Virus record (IMG/VR): IMGVR_UViG_3300020049_016248
Length of the DNA: 64,000 nucleotides
Direction: 5' to 3' (one strand)
Source: a virus
Taxonomy: Duplodnaviria; Heunggongvirae; Uroviricota; Caudoviricetes
Shown: piece by piece, positions 10,908 through 18,828 of the stretch
Position numbering within the stretch: position 1 is the first letter of the stretch
Layout: the number at the start of each line of letters is the position of its first letter
Made by a program: the position numbers and the translations under genes
The notes under the pieces: generated by a model
The model's database searches: none
What the model saw: only the letters and a program-made list of their open reading frames with translations
Told to the model about the DNA's origin: nothing

Positions 10908-10971
10908 AGACATAGATGACACTACGTTCATCTTACCAGAGAGAGATCGAATTCAAATTGTAGTTTTTTAA
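10900..10971 (+). pseudogene. orphan second copy of the 3' end of the 9766..10149 gene
   Basis: Translates LFKDIDDTTFILPERDRIQIVVF* versus LFSDIDNTTFVLPNNDRIQIIVF* at 10078-10149; no start codon of its own. Confidence 0.85.
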
Positions 10972-10989
10972 TTAAAATCTAAAAATTTA

Positions 10990-11400
10990 ATGGATAAAGC
11001 AAAAATCATCCACAATGTTTTAAAACAAGTGGATTGGGATTTTATTTTTCTATGCGCAAAGCATATGAAATATAAGTTAAAGAAACAAAGACTAACAAAA
11101 GAACAATTGATTTTAGATTTAACAGATATTTTGAAGAATATGTTAGAGTCTAAGAAAAATAAATTAATTGTAGACTTTTGGACTATTACAGCTGAGTATA
11201 CTGAAGATGATAAAGTTTGCTTAGAAGTAATCTTCACCCCAATTATTGTATGGTCTGATAATTTATCAACAGGGAAATCGAAGAAAACAAGTGAAGAAAG
11301 ATTAAAAGAAAGATTAGAGTTAGCACTTGAGATTGAAGATTACACTAAAGCAGCTGAAATTAAAAAAAGTTTAGATAAGTTGCAGTCAAAGTTAAAATAA
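10990..11400 (+). CDS. hypothetical protein with C-terminal UvrB/UvrC (UVR) motif
   Basis: LKERLELALEIEDYTKAAEIKKSL. Confidence 0.6.
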   Translation: MDKAKIIHNVLKQVDWDFIFLCAKHMKYKLKKQRLTKEQLILDLTDILKNMLESKKNKLIVDFWTITAEYTEDDKVCLEVIFTPIIVWSDNLSTGKSKKTSEERLKERLELALEIEDYTKAAEIKKSLDKLQSKLK

Positions 11401-11405
11401 TTGTC

Positions 11406-11411
11406 TATTTA
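11406..11411 (+). promoter_or_regulatory. TATTTA putative late promoter (representative copy)
   Basis: 18 nt before ATG 11430; same motif 17-21 nt before ATGs at 2825, 17437, 25965, 40214, 53922, 57493 and 61698. Confidence 0.6.
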
Positions 11412-11429
11412 AAAATAAAACAAATCATA

Positions 11430-11756
11430 ATGGCAGAATTTATAAAAAAGAATCCTAGAGGTTCAGATAATACAATCGCGAATACAACAGTTACAGTAAC
11501 ATCTCCAGAAGATATTGCAAGATTAGCTGCTGCAGATATTAAAACTAATGTTGTTGATCAAAGTATTAAAATCGTATCTGGTTCTACAGTTTTAGCGATT
11601 GTTAATATCCCTACAGTAACTAATTGGACTTTAGCAGGTACAAGATTAACTATTTTAGGAACTAATCCTTTAACATTAAGTTTTTTAAGTGCTTCAGAAG
11701 CAATTAACGGTGAAAGTCGTCTAGCTCAAATTATAAACGGTGCAACTTTAGCTTAA
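11430..11756 (+). CDS. structural protein, paralog of 17083..17403
   Basis: SGSTVLA.....V..W.L....LTI......LTLSF.S..EAIN shared with 17083 ORF. Confidence 0.6.
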   Translation: MAEFIKKNPRGSDNTIANTTVTVTSPEDIARLAAADIKTNVVDQSIKIVSGSTVLAIVNIPTVTNWTLAGTRLTILGTNPLTLSFLSASEAINGESRLAQIINGATLA

Positions 11757-11759
11757 TAA

Positions 11760-12218
11760 ATGTATCTATCAACTAATTTTATAGCTCCATATGTTGGAAC
11801 TGATAAGAAAATTATTTTAAGAAATTCTAGCAGTGTAACTGTTGGAGGTTTTAATGTTTGTCATTATCAAAAAGCTTTAACAGAAGGTAAGCAACTTTGG
11901 ATTAATTTAGCAGATGTAAGATTGGTGTTAGATTTTGGAACTGAAACTGATGCTAAAGCAGCTTTAGTTTTATTACAAATTGCAGTTGAAGCTTTAGTTA
12001 TAAACTGCGCTATAGATAGTGGATCTTCTACATATATACATGAACAAACTGTTGCAAATTCTATTTGGACTATAAGTCATAATTTAAACAGATTCCCTTC
12101 TGTAACAGTAGTGGATGATGGTGATGAGGTTATATTAGCTAATGTAACTTATGTAAATAATAATATAATACTAGTGTACTTCGGAAGTAGTTACACTGGG
12201 AAAGCTTACTTAAATTAA
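11760..12218 (+). CDS. structural protein; N-domain paralogous to 17437..18795
   Basis: NFI...GTDK.I......VGG..VC shared; C-terminal WTISHNLNRFPSVTVVD motif. Confidence 0.6.
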   Translation: MYLSTNFIAPYVGTDKKIILRNSSSVTVGGFNVCHYQKALTEGKQLWINLADVRLVLDFGTETDAKAALVLLQIAVEALVINCAIDSGSSTYIHEQTVANSIWTISHNLNRFPSVTVVDDGDEVILANVTYVNNNIILVYFGSSYTGKAYLN

Positions 12219-13474
12219 TGAAACTAGGAAATCATTTAAACTTTAATCAGTATGAATTGCAAAACGGTGTAATTGAAAACCTTTCAATTGCTCCTAGTAA
12301 TCCTATATCTGGTCAAGTGTATTTTAACACAACAGATAATTTGTTTTATTTATTTGATGGGACTAATTGGGTATCTTTAAACAATCCACCGTCTTCATTA
12401 AGTGGAAATGTTGATGTTGCTTGTACAGGTACAGATACTTATATAGGGGTAGGTTCTCAATTAGTATCTGATTATAATACATCTACAATTTATATTTGTA
12501 CTTTTGAAAATGCAAATACATCAACTACACCTACAATAGATATTGACGGTGCTGGTGTATTAACTATTGTTAAAAGTGACGAAACAGGTATTATTGCATT
12601 AGAAGCAGGTGATATACAACCGTTAGTTTCTTATTTCTTAGTTTGGGATGGTGCTGTGTCGATTCAATTATATACTCAAACACCTACTGCTGACCCTGGG
12701 ACATATACAAATCTAAACCCTGTACCTACAACGATAGGTGGAATTTCAGCAGGTGTAACGTTTAATAATACGACATACTCTCAAGTTTTTGATACATTGC
12801 TTTACCCTTATATGGTTCCAAACTTTACAAGTTTTGCAATCACAGGTCAAGCTTTAACTTTAGAAGTAGGAGCTTCAATTGCAGCAGGAAGTAAAACATA
12901 TACTTGGGGGACTACAAATTCAGGAAATATTCAAACAAATACTATTAGAATTAGAAATGGTGCTACAGTAATACTTGACAATTCACCAAATGATGGTTCT
13001 CAAGTAATCAATTTAGCTTCACCAATAACTAAAACAACTGTTACTTCTAATAGTTGGGATATAAGAGCAACGAGAACAAATGGGTCTTATATGACAAGAA
13101 CTATGACAGTTTGGTGGTATTATAGACACTATTATGGTACTTCAATAAACCCTACATTAACAGAGACAGATATTGAAGCGTTAACATCAAATTTCTTAGG
13201 AACAACAATTACAGGGAATTATAATTTTCTTGCAGGTGGATATAAGTATTTTGCTTTTCCGAACACTGCACCTAACCCTACACTGTTTAAAGACTCAACA
13301 ACTAACTTAGCAATTGCAATGGCAGACGCTACTGATAGTTATACAGATACAAATGCAGGAATATATTCTTTTCAACTTGTATCTGTTACAAATACATACG
13401 GTGTAACTATAGATTATAGAGTTTATCGCTCAAAATATATCTTAGGTTCATCTATTCAAATTAATATAATATAA
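12218..13474 (+). CDS. tail-fibre-associated structural protein
   Basis: LQNGVIENLSIAPSNP..GQVYFNTTD..FYLFDGTNW N-terminal motif. Confidence 0.6.
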   Translation: MKLGNHLNFNQYELQNGVIENLSIAPSNPISGQVYFNTTDNLFYLFDGTNWVSLNNPPSSLSGNVDVACTGTDTYIGVGSQLVSDYNTSTIYICTFENANTSTTPTIDIDGAGVLTIVKSDETGIIALEAGDIQPLVSYFLVWDGAVSIQLYTQTPTADPGTYTNLNPVPTTIGGISAGVTFNNTTYSQVFDTLLYPYMVPNFTSFAITGQALTLEVGASIAAGSKTYTWGTTNSGNIQTNTIRIRNGATVILDNSPNDGSQVINLASPITKTTVTSNSWDIRATRTNGSYMTRTMTVWWYYRHYYGTSINPTLTETDIEALTSNFLGTTITGNYNFLAGGYKYFAFPNTAPNPTLFKDSTTNLAIAMADATDSYTDTNAGIYSFQLVSVTNTYGVTIDYRVYRSKYILGSSIQINII

Positions 13475-13487
13475 GATAAAAATATAA

Positions 13488-16400
13488 ATGGCAATATCAG
13501 GCACAATTCCAGTTACAGGTCCTATAGCTCCAACAGTAGAAACAGATGTATATTCAACTCACGATGCAACTTATGGTAGAGGTGGGTTGAGAACTGTTGC
13601 AGATAATACTGAAAGAAATGCTATATCTGAAGAGAGAAGAGCTGAAGGTATGGTAGTTGGTGTAATAGCTACTGGTTTATATTGGAAATTAAAAACTGCT
13701 CCTTGGGCATATGATGATACAGATTGGGATGTTTTCTTTGATATGTCTACATCTTGGACTTTAGATGGAAATGCAAACGGGGCAGAAAAATATTTCGGAA
13801 CGAATGACAATTACGATGTTCCTTTCGTAGCTAATGGTAATGAAGTACTTAGATTGGGTGCTGATGGGTCAGTAAGCTCAACTAATGGATATTGGATAAA
13901 TGGAAGAAAAGCTATTAACGCTGATTATGATACTAATTTTTCAATTGCATTATGGATGAGTGGAGCTGCACCACATTTTCCTGATTTTGGTACAAGTACG
14001 AGAAATGCTATGATCGGTATCAATGATACTGGAAGTATTAATATAACAACAGGTTCAAATAATTTTATTGCAGGTTCTTTTCAAAGTATTAACTTAACTT
14101 CAGGTAATAGAAATATATTAATAGGAGGGTATAATTCCCCTAATATAGTATCAGGATCTGATAATATGTTTTTTGGCAATTCTAATACTACAAACAACGC
14201 TATTAATCAATCTATAGCTTTTAACGCTGAACCTACTGCTAATAGTCAAGTAGTATTTGGTCATAGTAATAGAGCTAGATATAATGAATTTTATTTCGGT
14301 CAAGGTTTATATACCCCTGATTCATATGGTAAATTTGATTTATATTTTAAAGCAACACCTTCATTAGCAGGTGAAACGGATAAAAATGCAACAGTGTCCA
14401 CTTGGTATTTTGATGCATCTCAAGGTACTGGTATCGGTACAGGTGGAGGTTTCATATTCAGGGTAGCTCCACCAACAACAGGCGGAAATACTTTAAATCC
14501 GTTTATTGATGCTTTAATAATAGACCCTAAAGGTATTGTTCATTCTCATGGAGCTACAGGTATTATTTCAAATACTGTATTCGGTCAAGATTCGTTAATG
14601 AATAATGTTACAGGTCATGGTAATACTGTTTATGGTCAAAATATTATGACTCTTAACTTAGATGGTTTTTTAAATACTGCAGTAGGTTCAAATACATTAC
14701 AACAAACTAATGGTAATCAAAACACTGTAGTAGGGGGTTATAATATGTATTATTCTCAAACAGGGGATAAAAACACAGCTATAGGGTATGCTGCATTGTT
14801 TAGTACTGATGGAGTAGGTGAACAAACTGCTGTTGGAGCTGAATCGTTAATGTATACAACTACAGGTGCCCAGAATTCAGCTTTAGGGTATAGATCATTA
14901 TACTCTAATACAACAGGTATTAGAAACACCGCTGTAGGACATAGTTCTTCTTATTCTAATACTATAGGTGGTAATAATACATCTTTAGGTTTTTATTCTT
15001 TGTATAATAATATAGATGGTAATGGTAATTTAGCTTTAGGTAGTTATGCTTTATTTACTAACACTAGTAGTTATAGTGTTGCAGTAGGTTTTGAATCATT
15101 ACATTACAATCAAGGTAATACAAATACAGCAATTGGTGGATATTCATTATATGCAAATTCGACAGGTGGACAAAATGTTGCTATAGGTTATTCTGCAGCT
15201 GAAAGCAATACAACAGGTGGTAGTAATACTGCAATTGGACATGCTGCTTTAGCAGGGAACACTACAGGTAGTTATAATGTTGCTATCGGTAGACAAGCAA
15301 ATAGAGCTGTATCAGGTGATTATAATGTTGCTATTGGTATTTATTCAATGTTTAATACAGTTGGAACTGGTAGTTATAATACAGCTATAGGTTCCGGTAC
15401 ATTAGCAGGAAATACTACAGGTAATGAAAACACTGCTATTGGTTATTATGCATTAACAGCTAATACAACAGGAAATCAAAACGTTGCTATTGGAGCTGAA
15501 GCTTTATTTAGTAATACTACAGGTTTAAAATCAACAGCAATAGGTTTTCAAGCATTGAGAAACCAAACAACAGATGGTTATAATTTAGCAATTGGTCATC
15601 AAGCTTTGAGAGATAACACTTCAGGCACTGAAAACTTAGCTATTGGTGCTTATGATTCTATGAGATATAATTTAACTGGAGGTCAGAATATTGCTATTGG
15701 TTCTAGTACATTAAGAGATAATTCAACAGGTTCTCAAAACGTAGCCTTAGGTAGAGAGTCATTAGTTACAAACTTAAGTGGTTCAGGTAATATTGCTATT
15801 GGTTTAAGTTCATTAGCAGGAAACACTACAGGTTCATTTAACGTTGCTATTGGTAGACAATCAAAAAATTCAGGAAACGGTGATTATAATGTTGCTTTAG
15901 GTTATCAATCACATTATACAAGTAATGGTTCTAACAATACTGCTATTGGTGCATATGCATATAAAACAGCAGTTGGTGGTGATAACAACACGCTGATTGG
16001 TTATGATGTATTAAGTTCTTATGCAGGTTCACCTTCTGGTAATACGTTAATAGGTTCAAGTGTGATGGGTTCTGCTACAACTAAAGGAAATTATAATATT
16101 GGTATAGGGTTTCAAGTTCTTTATTATAATGAAGTAGATTCTCAAGTAGCTATTGGTCATAGGTCAATGTACAATACAACTACAGGTGTTCAGAATACTG
16201 CTATTGGTTATGAAACAATGTTAGCTAACAATGTAGGTTTTCTAAACACAGCAATTGGATATAGAGCATTGTATGCTAATACAACTGGTAACAGTAATAC
16301 AGCTGTGAGTTACGCTTTAGTAGCGAATACAACTGGAGTAGGAAATACAGCAATTGGACACGTATCTTTAGCAGCGAATACAACTGGCCAATACAATACA

Positions 16401-16862
16401 GCAGTTGGATTTCAATCCAAAGGGAGCGGTGCTACTGGCGATTATAATGTAGCAGTAGGATATGCTGCTTTAAACGGAACAGGGAGTTATAACGTTGCAT
16501 TAGGAACGCTTACATTATACTCTGCAACTACTGGTACTCAAAACACTGCTGTTGGAGGGAATGCTGCAAATGCTATTACTACTGGATCTAACAATGTGAT
16601 TGTCGGATATAATTCAGTATCATCTATATTGACAACTGGAAGTAACAATACGGTTCTTGGAGTAAATACTGCTGTTACGAATGCAGGTGATTCAGGTAAT
16701 GTAATTTTAGGCTACGGAGCAACAGCTACGGGATCGAACCAATTTGTTGTAGGTTCAGCAAGTGTAAATGCTGGAACTGTTACTGCAGAAGCTGTTACAA
16801 GTGATGCTACATGGACAGTAATTATCAATGGAACACAATATAAAATTTTATTGAAAGTATAA
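13488..16862 (+). CDS. long tail fibre / adhesin with about 44 YadA-head-like beta-roll repeats
   Basis: About 17-aa repeats N(T/V)A(I/V/L)G..AL..NTTG counted by eye; N-terminal GGLRTVAD..ERNAI..ERR.EGM.V motif. Confidence 0.8.
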   Translation: MAISGTIPVTGPIAPTVETDVYSTHDATYGRGGLRTVADNTERNAISEERRAEGMVVGVIATGLYWKLKTAPWAYDDTDWDVFFDMSTSWTLDGNANGAEKYFGTNDNYDVPFVANGNEVLRLGADGSVSSTNGYWINGRKAINADYDTNFSIALWMSGAAPHFPDFGTSTRNAMIGINDTGSINITTGSNNFIAGSFQSINLTSGNRNILIGGYNSPNIVSGSDNMFFGNSNTTNNAINQSIAFNAEPTANSQVVFGHSNRARYNEFYFGQGLYTPDSYGKFDLYFKATPSLAGETDKNATVSTWYFDASQGTGIGTGGGFIFRVAPPTTGGNTLNPFIDALIIDPKGIVHSHGATGIISNTVFGQDSLMNNVTGHGNTVYGQNIMTLNLDGFLNTAVGSNTLQQTNGNQNTVVGGYNMYYSQTGDKNTAIGYAALFSTDGVGEQTAVGAESLMYTTTGAQNSALGYRSLYSNTTGIRNTAVGHSSSYSNTIGGNNTSLGFYSLYNNIDGNGNLALGSYALFTNTSSYSVAVGFESLHYNQGNTNTAIGGYSLYANSTGGQNVAIGYSAAESNTTGGSNTAIGHAALAGNTTGSYNVAIGRQANRAVSGDYNVAIGIYSMFNTVGTGSYNTAIGSGTLAGNTTGNENTAIGYYALTANTTGNQNVAIGAEALFSNTTGLKSTAIGFQALRNQTTDGYNLAIGHQALRDNTSGTENLAIGAYDSMRYNLTGGQNIAIGSSTLRDNSTGSQNVALGRESLVTNLSGSGNIAIGLSSLAGNTTGSFNVAIGRQSKNSGNGDYNVALGYQSHYTSNGSNNTAIGAYAYKTAVGGDNNTLIGYDVLSSYAGSPSGNTLIGSSVMGSATTKGNYNIGIGFQVLYYNEVDSQVAIGHRSMYNTTTGVQNTAIGYETMLANNVGFLNTAIGYRALYANTTGNSNTAVSYALVANTTGVGNTAIGHVSLAANTTGQYNTAVGFQSKGSGATGDYNVAVGYAALNGTGSYNVALGTLTLYSATTGTQNTAVGGNAANAITTGSNNVIVGYNSVSSILTTGSNNTVLGVNTAVTNAGDSGNVILGYGATATGSNQFVVGSASVNAGTVTAEAVTSDATWTVIINGTQYKILLKV

Positions 16863-17083
16863 TGGAAGAAATAACAAAAGAACAAATTGAAAAGTCTATA
16901 AAAGCAACCTTTGATAGTGTAAAGTTCATTGAAGCACTAAATCTTATTCTTGAATTAACAGAAGAAGAATTAGACGCTAAGAATAGAAATATAGAACATT
17001 TAAGAATAATGATGAAAAGAGAATGGTTTATAGAACATTTAACAAGTGAACAAAGAAAACAAATCGAAAATATAATTAACTAA
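16862..17083 (+). CDS. small protein, possible fibre chaperone
   Basis: 73 aa, TAATG-coupled at both ends; function inferred from position. Confidence 0.5.
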   Translation: MEEITKEQIEKSIKATFDSVKFIEALNLILELTEEELDAKNRNIEHLRIMMKREWFIEHLTSEQRKQIENIIN

Positions 17084-17403
17084 TGGGTTTAAATTGGATT
17101 ACAAAAAATCAAAGAGAAAGAGAATCAACTAACTCAACGAGTTCTGGTTTTACTTCTCCAAATACAATTGACGGTTTATACGCTGCTGATATTATTATTT
17201 CCCCTAGTGAATTAAGCTTATTAGTTAGAAAAAGTGGAAGTGTATTAGCTCAAATATTAACAAATAAAATTGTTGCTTGGGATTTAACCTTCAACATCAT
17301 AACAATAATAACTGAAGATCCAACGTACTTGGTTTTAAAGTTTCAAAGTCCAGTAGAGGCGATAAATGCACTAACAACTATTGAAAGTGCAGTTAATTCT
17401 TAA
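17083..17403 (+). CDS. structural protein, paralog of 11430..11756
   Basis: Shared C-terminal ~60-aa pattern. Confidence 0.6.
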   Translation: MGLNWITKNQRERESTNSTSSGFTSPNTIDGLYAADIIISPSELSLLVRKSGSVLAQILTNKIVAWDLTFNIITIITEDPTYLVLKFQSPVEAINALTTIESAVNS

Positions 17404-17436
17404 AGTGTAAACTATTTAAAATAAAAAAACAAACAA

Positions 17437-18795
17437 ATGTCATTTTCCGCAGCAAATTTTATAATATCAGGGGCAGGTACTGATAAAACAATTCGTTTTA
17501 AAGACGATAACGCTACACCTGTAGGAGGTTTATATGTATGTAACTTCAAAAGTGTTGCTACAGAGGAAGAAACTATGATCATTCGTATGACGAATGAACA
17601 AGAGTTTACTTTTACTTTCATCTCTGCAACAGAGGCTAAGTTAGCTATGACTAACTTAAGAGCAGCTGTTGATAATCTTTTACCAAATTGTGCTATTACA
17701 GTTCCTATAGCAACACCAACAGTTGTTGCTGTTCCTAAAACTTACGTAAACTTTAAAATTGATTTTGCAGCTAATTCATTAGTAGCAAATACAGTTTATC
17801 AAGTAACAGATGCTGCTGGGACATTAGGTTTAGGTGCTGGCTTTGTATTCTATACACAGTTCCAAACCACTAATGCAAATAGTGGGGTAATCAAAGGGTT
17901 TAACGTTGGATTCTCAAGTTATTATGATATCGATTTGAATTCAAATTCAGTTTTAAGTAAAAATGATCCAGTAGGTAAAATTAAAATTGATAGTCCTGTT
18001 TCTAATGTAAGTGTTGTAGGGGCTTTTTCAGATAGTTCAATTTTTGATTCATCTTTAGTAGCAAATGATTGTATTGCTAATACAATTGTAGGTTCTAACA
18101 TTACAGCAAATGATATTAATAATTCTAAATTTTATAACTGTGCTGGTTTAATCTTGAATGATGTAAACGATTCAGTTTTTTCTAATTTAGTAGGAGATTT
18201 TTCTAGTTATGATTTTAATAATGTGAAAGTAGATCGTTATGATTACAATGTAGGTTTAGTTGGATCATTAACTATGGTAACTTCAAATGCAGAAGTTTAT
18301 ACAGCTTTCATTAATGAAAACATTTTAGAAGTACCTACATTAGTTTCTGACATTTATGCAACTCTAACAAGTCCATTTACAGATGTAGCAGTAGATTTTA
18401 AAATTAAAGTTCCTTTAGCAGGAATTGGTTCTAATAGAACTTTAACAATTAAAGATTCTGCAGCAACAATAATTGATACTATTACAAGTGCTCATGCAGG
18501 TTTAACTTTAGTTTATTCATTCAATACAGTTACAGGTTTATTTGAAAAGGTTACAATGAGTAATGGTTTAATTAAACAAGATGTAACAGTAAGTTCTAAT
18601 GGACAAACTTTATTTTCAAATGCACTACCTTATATTCCTACTACACCATCTTCTATAATTTTAACCGTGAATGGTGCAAAGCAAACATACTCAACTGATT
18701 TCACGATTTCTGGAAGAAGTATTAACTGGGTTAGTACTGATTTTGATTTAGAAACAACAGATGTAGTTGTAGTAAGTTTCTGGGAAGGTAAATAA
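17437..18795 (+). CDS. structural protein with C-terminal Ig-like baseplate/fibre domain
   Basis: N-domain paralogous to 11760; C-terminal GQTLF...LTVNGAKQ...DFTISG.....LETTDVVVV. Confidence 0.6.
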   Translation: MSFSAANFIISGAGTDKTIRFKDDNATPVGGLYVCNFKSVATEEETMIIRMTNEQEFTFTFISATEAKLAMTNLRAAVDNLLPNCAITVPIATPTVVAVPKTYVNFKIDFAANSLVANTVYQVTDAAGTLGLGAGFVFYTQFQTTNANSGVIKGFNVGFSSYYDIDLNSNSVLSKNDPVGKIKIDSPVSNVSVVGAFSDSSIFDSSLVANDCIANTIVGSNITANDINNSKFYNCAGLILNDVNDSVFSNLVGDFSSYDFNNVKVDRYDYNVGLVGSLTMVTSNAEVYTAFINENILEVPTLVSDIYATLTSPFTDVAVDFKIKVPLAGIGSNRTLTIKDSAATIIDTITSAHAGLTLVYSFNTVTGLFEKVTMSNGLIKQDVTVSSNGQTLFSNALPYIPTTPSSIILTVNGAKQTYSTDFTISGRSINWVSTDFDLETTDVVVVSFWEGK

Positions 18796-18828
18796 CAATT
18801 AACATAACTATAAAAACAATATAAACAA

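Noticed and set aside
10078-10971. Group I intron around the endonuclease
   Set aside because: The upstream gene is already complete, the downstream piece duplicates rather than continues it, and no terminal G or intron core was recognised
14570-16760. CRISPR array or DGR template/variable repeats
   Set aside because: The repeats are degenerate protein-coding repeats; no fixed repeat-spacer pattern, adenine-specific mismatch pair or reverse transcriptase is in the window
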